Source: Craspedostauros australis
Taxonomy: Eukaryota
Length of the DNA: 64,000 nt
NCBI GenBank assembly: GCA_030167865.1
Contig: JALAGF010000679.1
Span: 1 to 64,000 of the forward strand
Direction: 5' to 3'
The notes under the pieces were generated by a model, which saw only the letters and a list, made by a program, of their open reading frames with translations, searched no databases and was not told the DNA's origin. The translations under genes and the position numbers were made by a program. Below, piece by piece: positions 55,203 through 64,000 of the stretch. The stretch's first letter is position 1; the number at the start of each line of letters is the position of its first letter.

Positions 55203-55829
55203 ATGGCAATCAATCACTACGATGAGATGGACGAAGAGACGGCGGACGACATTATGGTATTCCTCGAGCTATGGAGGCAGTACAATCCGCGCAGACTTTT
55301 CGATGGCGTGAAGAACCACCGACATCAAGCCGCGTTGCAGTTGGCGAGCCAAAATGGACTTTTGGAAGTGATGAAATGCTTGGTGGAATGGGACGAAACC
55401 AGCGTCGACATGCACACAATCAGCAGCACCTGGCAATACGCTGCACTCCAAGAAGCAAGCCAAAGGGGTCATCTGGAAGTTGTGGAATGCTTGATAGAAT
55501 CACGCAGTGCTCGCGCCACAATTCGGAACAACACGAATCAAACTTCAGAGCAACATTCGCGCGAACATCCCAGCTGCGACAACCATACCCACGCGACGAC
55601 GTCTTTGAGAGCGTGTGGTAGAGTTGAAGGCTGGCAAGGTCAATGCGCCACCGCCATAGCAAATCAAAGAGTCAGATGGGCCAAGATGGTCTCAACTGAG
55701 ATGGACCCCCAGACTCCTCATCAGCAGACTTGCGTTGGTGAGTTGCGTGCGACGGCTGACGAGATGTGGCGTTCTTGGACATGCACACGACAGTTGAGGA
55801 AGACGCGACTTGCGCAGAGAAAGCCGTAG
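55203..55829 (+). CDS. Short ankyrin-repeat ORF (2 degenerate repeats); possibly a pseudogene
   Basis: ALQLASQNGLLEVMKCLVE and ALQEASQRGHLEVVECLIE match ankyrin helices, but TPLH is replaced; codon bias is weak and the 3' part looks non-coding. Confidence 0.45.
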   Translation: MAINHYDEMDEETADDIMVFLELWRQYNPRRLFDGVKNHRHQAALQLASQNGLLEVMKCLVEWDETSVDMHTISSTWQYAALQEASQRGHLEVVECLIESRSARATIRNNTNQTSEQHSREHPSCDNHTHATTSLRACGRVEGWQGQCATAIANQRVRWAKMVSTEMDPQTPHQQTCVGELRATADEMWRSWTCTRQLRKTRLAQRKP

Positions 55830-57348
55830 GGCCTTGCTCATTGGTAATAGCTCGTGAGTCCGAGCAAGTGGTCTCTGTCTCTCTCTCGAAAGTGCATGCG
55901 GTAATAGTGCGACCGCGGCTGTTGCGGAGAATTGAGGGGCTTTGTGTTTGTCGGCGTCGCCAGAATCACAAATGTCACCGTCGATACCTCCATTCGTTGG
56001 AGTGCGTGATTCATTTCTGTTCTTTGACCGAACACGTACTTATTTAGTATCTTTTTACTATGACCATCCAAACCGGGATTTCACGGCACGCCGTCCAAGT
56101 TTGTGACAGCCGGGAGAGCCTCCAATGACATTTCCACCTTGCCGTTCATTTTTTGGCAGACGGGAGAACTGTTTCCGGAGGGACTAAATCCCACCAAGCC
56201 ACAAATTCCATGACAAAGGTGACAGATGAAAGAGGACGAAAACAGTCAAAAGAGAGAGAGAGAGAGGAAGCCAGGGGGAGCGGATCTATCCTACGAGTGC
56301 GAGCAACCAGTGTGTGAGGAGTACCACGCGTATGCACCCACGAAGAAATGAGACGGAAAGAGAATGGCAGAGGGGGGCTTTGTGCACCCAGATCACGCAG
56401 AGTTCAGCAAATGACCAAGGGGGGAGGCAAAAGAACGACGAGATGATTCTGCGTCAACGATGAAGGAATGGGGCATCCGATCATCGGAGGCACGATCGCA
56501 TCTACCGGCCGCATTTGGCCCCGACAATGATGCAAAGATGACGATAGTTGTCGTGTAGGAGCACTCGTATTCATGTGTATTTGGAGCAGAGAGTGGCGTG
56601 TGTTTCATGAGAATGCGAAAGATACCGCAAGTGCCAACGGTAGTGCAAGAAGCGGCACAACCAGGAACGAGGGCATCATTTTTGTTCGCTGTCTGCAGGA
56701 CGTGCTCTCCTCCCCGCGCGGTGTTTGAGTGCCTCATGCTGCATACTCGTTTGTGTAGTGTTGTGAAGATCCGAGCCGTGGCACCCAGTACGAGCCAAGA
56801 GAGGAGGCGTTCTTCGTTTCGACTGCGATTTCGTTTTGGTCTTCGCCGATTGCTTAGATTTCGAGTGCGCGTACGAGTGCAGTAGCGACAGCAGGCCTCT
56901 CGGAGCGGAATTATGCTTGGCTTTGTGCATGCGTGCGCGCGTTGACGGCTCATTTGTCATGCTTTGCTGGAGAGTGCATCGCATGATGCTGCATGCCTCT
57001 GTTTGCAAGTTGGATTGTGAGCACGAGTATGATATGCCAAAGCAAGGGAATTGGTTGTTCGGTTCATGAATATCTACAATCTGTGCTCTTACTGCTTTAC
57101 TCTACATATAATCGATTGGGACCTGACTTGCAATGTTGCAGCTGCTGGTACTTGTGCTGATGACATGGATATGGACATGGCTGCAAGGAGAGCACTTGTG
57201 ATTATGCACAGTGTTGCTGGTGATATGATATGATACATGTTGAGACTGATGTTGTGTGCGCGGTGGTATATGCACGGGGGACGACAAATGCCTAACGTTG
57301 TCATTGTCGTCGTCGTCGTGATTTCTACGGGCGTTGGTCATGGGCCGA

Positions 57349-58839
57349 TCAGGCTGCCATGGTTCCCAAGAAAGATGGGTGTTGCTGATGGTAGGCATGC
57401 TGGTATTGCCCAGTTACATGCATGTTGATGTTGACGTTGTTGTTGCTATACACGTCGTCAACATCCTTTGCATCGTCATCAGTATCATCATCATCATCGT
57501 CGTCGTCCGTGAGATGGGGGAATGATGGGAAGTCTTGGACCGCCGCGGTGGACATAGGATCCTCTTCATTCATGAGGAAGAATTGGCATCCCTCGAATGA
57601 CACCGGGTCGTTGATGGGCTTGAATTCATCGTCGGACAGGTCATCCGGGTCGATGATGGAGTTCGCGGAAGTGATCGTTGCCAACGTGGATGTGACGGAG
57701 TCGATCATCATTGGGACGGTGTTGGAGGTGTTATCGGAGGTTGGTGTCCATGGCAGGTCTGGAACTTGGGTCAAGGACTGGACGATGTCATGGAAGCTCA
57801 GGCATTCGTTGGGTTCTGCCGAGAGCGTCAGATCCTTGCTCATCATCATAAGCGATGGAACAGAGGTTGTGGATGCCGAAACATCTTGCGTTGGGTATGA
57901 TGGTAGTCTGTGCTTGTGCTGCGACTGTTGTTGTTGCTGCTTTGGTTGCTGCTTCTGCTTGGTGTCAGCAGGAATGAGAGACGGCCTTGATCTTGAGCTG
58001 GGTGAAGCTCGTGGGCGGCTCTTGAGACCATTCAAGGTAGTGCCTGTGGCCTTGAAGGACGACAGCTTCGATGTTGCCTTTGTGACAGCGGCCGCAGCTC
58101 CAGTCGATGATCTTGGCTTTCTTGGCACCTTGGAAGAGAGGATGGTATTGGTGGTGGTGCTGGCGATGCTGGTTGTAGTGGTGACGGCAGCGTCGGGGGC
58201 AGGTGCTTGGCTTGCGAAATCTGGCACGGCAGCATCGCTGTCGGCGCCTGACGATGTGCCTTCCTTCTTGGCATGATTCTGCCGGGACATTTGCTGGCAT
58301 CTCATGCGATCATTCTTGGTGAAGGAGGTGTGCCAATAGGCGCCCTTGTCTGGATGGGAGCTCTTGGTGATGCGTTTGAAGCCCCAGAGGTTGAGCTGTC
58401 GCTGGAACGACTTGTACTTCGTCTGCTTGAAGTGCTTGTGCATGATGGTGGCGACGAAGGCCTTGCTGTTGTGGACCCTGAATGCGCGACCATGCGGCAG
58501 CCACGAGACGATGGAGTCGAGTCCCTTGCTCTCGCAATCCGCCAGCATGTCAAACAGCTTCCATGGGAACAATGTGTTGCCCTGCTGTCTTGCGCTGTTG
58601 TTGCTGCTGCTGCTGCTGTTGATGCTCACGGCACTGCCCGTGCTGCTTCGGCGGGAAGACGATCTGCCTCTGCCTGGGCTTCCAGTCGTGGAGACCACAC
58701 GAGCCACCTTCGTGGGCATTGCCGGGGTCATTGTCGTGCTCACCGAGTGGGGAGCATTGTCGGAAGAGAACGCGGCTGCTTTTGTTGGCACCGTCGTTGA
58801 CACCGCCTTCGACGGCTTCGAGGATGATTGGCAAACCAT
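57349..58839 (-). CDS. Heat shock factor (HSF-type DNA-binding domain) transcription factor, 496 aa
   Basis: FPWKLFDML...IVSWLPHGRAFRVH...FKQTKYKSFQRQLNLWGFKRI...DKGAYWHTSF; FEGCQFF motif near the C-terminus. Confidence 0.92.
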   Translation of the reverse strand: MVCQSSSKPSKAVSTTVPTKAAAFSSDNAPHSVSTTMTPAMPTKVARVVSTTGSPGRGRSSSRRSSTGSAVSINSSSSSNNSARQQGNTLFPWKLFDMLADCESKGLDSIVSWLPHGRAFRVHNSKAFVATIMHKHFKQTKYKSFQRQLNLWGFKRITKSSHPDKGAYWHTSFTKNDRMRCQQMSRQNHAKKEGTSSGADSDAAVPDFASQAPAPDAAVTTTTSIASTTTNTILSSKVPRKPRSSTGAAAAVTKATSKLSSFKATGTTLNGLKSRPRASPSSRSRPSLIPADTKQKQQPKQQQQQSQHKHRLPSYPTQDVSASTTSVPSLMMMSKDLTLSAEPNECLSFHDIVQSLTQVPDLPWTPTSDNTSNTVPMMIDSVTSTLATITSANSIIDPDDLSDDEFKPINDPVSFEGCQFFLMNEEDPMSTAAVQDFPSFPHLTDDDDDDDDTDDDAKDVDDVYSNNNVNINMHVTGQYQHAYHQQHPSFLGTMAA

Positions 58840-60670
58840 GATGGTGGATGTCGAACTCTACGTGCGCTGTCTTTGGATGAATAATGAGGTGCGTCCGACT
58901 GTGTGTTGGTTTATGATGAAGGTCGGATGGGAAGGGAAGAGATGAGGGGCGGAAGTGATCGATGGATGTGTTTGTTTGCTTTGTGGGAAGATCTTTGCGA
59001 GGGTTTGGATGATTATGTCAACGTGCGCCCTTCTTTGTGTTGTGGTGGAGAGTGTGCGAGCAGAGTAGCAGAGTCGTACTAATACTGCGCGAACAGAGTG
59101 GCAGGGTGGAGCATGCAGAGTAATCGTAAAGTATCACCGTCTGGGTGTTTGTGATTGTGCCGTCGTTTGGTTTTGTATCAATGGGATGAGCAACAAAATG
59201 AAACACCACAAGAGAGCTGACGCATCGTACGAGTCGCACGAGGTGAGTACTCACTCCGTTGGTCTTGGTGCGTGGGTACTCTCTGGCACTGCGGTGCAAA
59301 TGCGCGCGAACAGAGAGAACAGAGGGCCACCTTCTTCCGTGCAAGATGTTGGGAGGAAGTGTGTCGTGATCGTTGTCGCCGTCATCTTCCGTTTGCTCGT
59401 TCGTGTGTGTTCGTGTGCGCGTGGGTCTTGGTGCGCGCCTTTGCGTGTGTTGCATTTGTGCCTTGGGTAGTTGAGTGGTTGGGGAACGACACGCCCTCCC
59501 TGTCCGACTTTTCGGCTTGTCCAAAGCGAGGATGACGCCGACAGAAGGACAACGGCCAAATGATTTGTGTCCAAGGTGATGTCATGTCGGCGCGGTAGCC
59601 TTCTGCTGCGTGCAGATGAGTGACATTTGTCTGAGTGATGGGGTTGGGTCATGGGCAGATGGCGAAAACGAGAACGTCTTCCTGCCTCCCGAAGATGCAC
59701 TCTTTGGAGGCGCACAAAGATACGTGTTCGCACACACACCGAACGAAACAGACAAGTGTCACATGGTCGTTGAACAGACACAACAGACAAGGGCTGGCGT
59801 GACACAGTGCCGCGCTCATGACAAAGTGAGAAATTTCGGTGGGCGATTTTCCCATGCTCGTGATTTCCACTCCTAAATCGAGACTGCGTGTCTCGTGTCT
59901 CACCTCTTGTTCCTCATCAAGTCGCGCCCAATACGTCTCTGCTCAAAGCACTCGTGCCACTCGCGAGCAGCTGCCTCAGAGGGAAATGCACCACCTTCTT
60001 CAACCATGTTCTGTTCCTTTGAGCTCATGTCAACGAATCAGAATCGAGTGTCACGACAGTTCTCTTTCCACCTGACGCGTTTGACAACGACTGCCTCTAC
60101 ATCCACGTCACCGAACCTCTGCGACGAAAGGCTCCAAAGAGTCTCTCCCATGGCGCACCGGAAAGAACATGAGCACAACCACCAACACGAGCACAGATCG
60201 TACCACGCGAAAAGGGATCACACCTATGACGAGCATTGGTTGGAGATGAGGTTCGATTACGAGACAACACAACACATCACAAATGTTACTCCACTCCGCC
60301 CCGTTCTATTCTTCCGGTCGGACAAGAGTATCGGCAGATTGGGAGAGTGGCCATGGGAGATATCTCGACATGTTACTATTGGTATTGCAATGACACGAAG
60401 AACAGGCAGAGCAGGAGTACTGCCCTCGGCTCCATTCCTCCAAAGTGTTGTCGACGGTGTTGTTGTGGAATGCCTCGATGCCGATGATGATGTTGCCGTG
60501 CAGCCCACAACCGCACCGCACCATACGTGCACGTACGCGCACTCGCAACCAGTGAACGACGCAGATCCACGAATAACAAGCGAATTCATCGGATGGATCC
60601 AGCTACCGGCAATTCTCACAAGCCCTAACGCCTGCTACATTCTCGCACAATCCACGTGAGCTCGAGCGCC

Positions 60671-62644
60671 TCAAGTCTCCATCGCATCGCTCTTGCCGCT
60701 GTTGACCCCGTCAATCTTCGTTGCGTCCTTCCCATCAGCTTGCCCTCGCTTCTCCTCCTGCTTGTCGTCCATCGCCATCTCCTGTGGCTTCTGCTCCTGT
60801 TCTGGCTGCCTGTACGCTTCCATGGCATCCTCCAGATCCGACACGTTGAGGTTGCGCTTCTTGCGTTCCGCGTACACGTCCTTGACATGCTGCTCCAAAT
60901 GGCTGGCGTACGAATCCTGCAAGACCTGCGCCTCCGTGCGCACCAAATCTTGGAACGTCTGCAAGAGATCCGGTTTGCGGAATGGCTTCTCCTTCTGCGA
61001 CTTGGTCAGCGCCTCATCCACGGTGATGGGCGGCTTGATGTACTCGCTGATAGGCTTCATCTTGATCCCCGTCGGCAGTTTGCGTGGTTGGCACACGAAG
61101 TGAGGACCTGGATTGAACTTAACGGTCGCGCCCATGTAGAGGGAGATGGCGGGATAGTAGACGCCGGAGGGAACATCGAACGCGACGCCGCCCTGCGTCT
61201 TGCCCTTCGAAATGACGAACTGTCCCATGGGTGCGCCATTCTTGAAGAACCGAATGTGGTTCGCTTTTCCCGTCATGGTCGCAACTGTGCTTCCGTTGGT
61301 TCCGGTCGCGGTGGTATCGCCAGGACCGCCATCCCCGCCTGCCTGCGATGAACTCGTGGGTCCACCGTAACCAGGCATGCCTCTCGCGCTGCTGAAATTC
61401 CTAGCGCTACCGCCGGTGGTGCGCGGACCTCGGCCGGACAGCATGTCCGCTGAATCCTTCTCGTTGACGAGGCAGATTGCGCAACCAATGACGTCGCCAG
61501 GACCGAACTCCTCCCCACCCCAATGATCCTCGCGATGGCTGCAATGGATCTTGGAACCTCCGATGTCGCGAATTCCAAAGCTCCACTTGTCGTACCCAAC
61601 AGGAGCCTGCAAATCGCCAGTGCGCATGCTGAAGCCCAGACGGACGTGGCCACCAAAGGTTGGACTGGATGGGGTCTTCACACCCTCCTTCTCATCCCTC
61701 AACGCCTGCTGAATTTGCGCCTGCAGGTTCTTGCCCAGCCGCGCGTTCGATGGCAGGCCGGCCACGATCTCAGATATGGGAGGCGGGTCGAGGATGATGG
61801 CCTCGTAGTAGTAGTGGCCTGCTGACACCCCGTGCGTGGCACGCGTCATGCGGTACCCCCGCATGCCACCCTTGACATGCAACCGACGATCGTCCACCAG
61901 CTTGAGCTGCGGTGCAGAGTCCGTCTTGGAGAGATGCATGTGGGGCGGACACTCCTGTACGGCCTTCACCGCTGCCTGTCGCACCTGCTCCTTCGTGGGC
62001 AGGGATGGAGATCCGCCTGAGCCGGATGATTGGTTGGCGGACGTGATTGTCGCAGCCGTCAGCAACGAATGCAATCCGCTCAGTCCCATCGAGAAGCACA
62101 GCTGGGCTGCGGCTGCCGCGGAAGCCGCAGACACAACCTGCTGCTGCATTCCAGCAACATCCGGACTTCGAGCTCGCTTCTTGTTTGCCTTTGTTTGCGC
62201 TGCGGATGGCACAGAGGCTGGAATTGGTGCCGGCACTGCGTCCGCAAGCTCCGCCTCCGTCTCATGGTCAATATCAGCCTCTGCTGCGGGCGCATTCGTA
62301 GCCGCAGGTGCGGTGGAATCTGCGGCTGGTTCTGCAGCTGACGGCGGTGGTTCGGTCGCCGATGGCGTTGTCGCCTTGTCTGCCTCCGTTTCTTTGGATT
62401 CAGCATCTGGAGCTGGTTTAGACTCAGCCTTGGCGTCTGTGGTTGCGGATGTAGCATCACCGCCAGCTTCAACCACGGCTGAGGCCTTCTTGGTCTCTGG
62501 TGAGGACCTTTCCGCCATCGGGACATCGTCAGATGCTTTGGCGGAGGCGGAATCCGTTGGCTTTTCAGGAGACGACGCGGCTGCCTCGGCATTGGCGGGT
62601 GCTTCGCTTGACGCGGGCATCTCCTCCGTCTCCATTGCACTCAT
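60671..62644 (-). CDS. ASH2: Set1/COMPASS subunit ASH2/TRAUCO-like SPRY-domain protein
   Basis: LSKTDSAPQL, GYRMTRATHGV..GHYYYE, HVRLGFS...LQAPVGYDKWSFG.RD..GSKIH, GDVIGC, IRFFKNG, YYPAISLY...VKFNPGP. The ORF is open to 62803; the ATG at 62644 is preferred. Confidence 0.88.
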   Translation of the reverse strand: MSAMETEEMPASSEAPANAEAAASSPEKPTDSASAKASDDVPMAERSSPETKKASAVVEAGGDATSATTDAKAESKPAPDAESKETEADKATTPSATEPPPSAAEPAADSTAPAATNAPAAEADIDHETEAELADAVPAPIPASVPSAAQTKANKKRARSPDVAGMQQQVVSAASAAAAAQLCFSMGLSGLHSLLTAATITSANQSSGSGGSPSLPTKEQVRQAAVKAVQECPPHMHLSKTDSAPQLKLVDDRRLHVKGGMRGYRMTRATHGVSAGHYYYEAIILDPPPISEIVAGLPSNARLGKNLQAQIQQALRDEKEGVKTPSSPTFGGHVRLGFSMRTGDLQAPVGYDKWSFGIRDIGGSKIHCSHREDHWGGEEFGPGDVIGCAICLVNEKDSADMLSGRGPRTTGGSARNFSSARGMPGYGGPTSSSQAGGDGGPGDTTATGTNGSTVATMTGKANHIRFFKNGAPMGQFVISKGKTQGGVAFDVPSGVYYPAISLYMGATVKFNPGPHFVCQPRKLPTGIKMKPISEYIKPPITVDEALTKSQKEKPFRKPDLLQTFQDLVRTEAQVLQDSYASHLEQHVKDVYAERKKRNLNVSDLEDAMEAYRQPEQEQKPQEMAMDDKQEEKRGQADGKDATKIDGVNSGKSDAMET

Positions 62645-63367
62645 GGTTGCCTCGTCTTTGTCTTGGATTCCTCCAATCTTGTTGACGTCGCTGTTGTGCA
62701 ATACTCGGGATCCTTTGGATGTTGTCAGTGCTGTCAGTGCTGTCCTCTGGTGTGTGGTGATTGGCTGTTGTGGTGGTTGGCCGTTGTGGCGTTTTGGATT
62801 CATCCTTTGTTTGTGATGATGGGAGCGTTGTGTTTAGCAGTTCGTCTAATTCTGAAAAGATGAATTACTTGAGAACTCACTTGTACTGACATTGTACGTA
62901 CGATTATACACTGAAAAATGAACCATATTAATCTACAAAATGGAATCTCTAATTTATCGAAACTGTAATCTTGTCGGCAACGCCGAAGAGCGGAAAGAAG
63001 AAAGTTGAATAGGAGATAGAATATAATAGAATACCAAAGATGGCAATGGTATGAGCGCGAGTGTGGATAGAGATGATTGAGGAGCGTTAGTTGCAGTGGC
63101 TAGATACAGTCATCCATCGTCCATCGTCCATGGTGAGATAGGGAACATGTAGCGACCGTAAAGTGCTCAGATATGCTTGAATAAAATTGGTTTGATCGCT
63201 CAAGGAGAGCTTGCGCTCTCTTGCGATTGTGTAAGGTGATAATGCTTTTCCTCATCGTACTCGTACGAATGTCCCTTCTCTCTACCATGCTCGTGCCATG
63301 CGCGAGTTGGCATGGGATATTACTGCGTACCTTGTTGTTCAAGTGAAAGAAAGGTAATCGGTCGTTC

Positions 63368-64000
63368 TCACTCGATGACGGTGGGTGGCTTGCGTTCCTT
63401 CTCACGGAACTGCTTGTGCGCTTCATCCCAGGCCTGCAGGAATGCCTTGGATCTGTCAGTGTCGCCACTGGCATCGCTCTTGCCATCCGTGGCAGACGGG
63501 CGCGGATCGATCTCATCAAATTGCAGAAACGGGCGTTTCCACCAAATGAACATCCCGTGCATCGGAACTGCCTTGTACACCGTGAACATGAGAAACCGGC
63601 GCACGGCATCTGAGGAACGCTCGACGATCCATTCCACATCCTCCTCATCTTGCGCGAAATGTGCCGGGTGCGGCAATTCGTCACTGAACCACAGCACGTC
63701 GGCCTTGTGGATCTTCAAGGACGGTTTCATGGAGCCGACGCCATGAAATCGATCCGCAAAGGCGAGGATGCCATGGTCGGAAATCTTGAATTTGCTAGAA
63801 GGCACCGTGGTTGCGTCTTCCTTGATTTCGAACCGCATCGTGACGGAATACCGATCCTGGCTCCAGTACAGTGTATCCCCCGATTTCGTCGTCAGCTTAC
63901 CGCCATGATCTGTCCATTTGATCTCGTCCTTATCGATGCCAGCTTCCTTGGTTTGGCTGGTGGCTCCTCGTCCCGAAGCTGGCTTCAACGGGCCTTCTCC
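63368..64000 (-). CDS. CS/p23 (NudC-like) domain protein, 5'-truncated by the window edge
   Basis: LYWSQDRYSVTMRFEI...ELPHP...VEWIVE...LMFTVYKAVPMHGMFIWWKR...EID pattern of NudC-type CS domains. Confidence 0.6.
   Translation of the reverse strand, partial: GEGPLKPASGRGATSQTKEAGIDKDEIKWTDHGGKLTTKSGDTLYWSQDRYSVTMRFEIKEDATTVPSSKFKISDHGILAFADRFHGVGSMKPSLKIHKADVLWFSDELPHPAHFAQDEEDVEWIVERSSDAVRRFLMFTVYKAVPMHGMFIWWKRPFLQFDEIDPRPSATDGKSDASGDTDRSKAFLQAWDEAHKQFREKERKPPTVIE

Noticed and set aside
59000-60660. ORFs upstream of the HSF gene (for example 59895..60659)
   Set aside because: Non-ATG start and no motifs; more likely promoter DNA and the ASH2 3' UTR.

Overview
Eukaryotic, GC3-rich, intron-containing genomic DNA whose gene content points to a diatom or close ochrophyte: bipartite ASAF-like plastid presequences, a diatom-type HMG box, HSF and 'RGLE' family proteins. 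The species cannot be determined from the sequence alone. About 22 protein-coding loci are supported. Recognisable ones are a mitochondrial m-AAA/FtsH protease (AFG3-like), an HMG-box factor, a 3-repeat Myb, a thioredoxin-like [2Fe-2S] protein, a DUF616-like glycosyltransferase, a double-domain O-fucosyltransferase-family protein, ER Hsp70-family HYOU1/Grp170, a lumenal LTO1/DsbA-like thioredoxin, proteasome alpha-2, an HSF, ASH2-like SPRY and a partial CS/NudC-like protein. Splice junctions were read by eye and are frame-consistent. I found no tRNA, rRNA, CRISPR array or intact transposon. The best candidates for follow-up are: (i) a pore-less CNG/EAG-type voltage-sensor protein, divergent from (ii) a 1922-aa ankyrin-repeat pseudokinase; (iii) a tandem pair of intronless ~160-aa paralogues resembling a bacterial hypothetical family, each with an N-terminal Cys-Cys motif; (iv) an internally duplicated O-FucT gene with introns only in its second copy; (v) a UPR-like motif cluster upstream of HYOU1; (vi) two small Tat-routed thylakoid proteins. 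All family assignments come from motif recognition, not from database searches.
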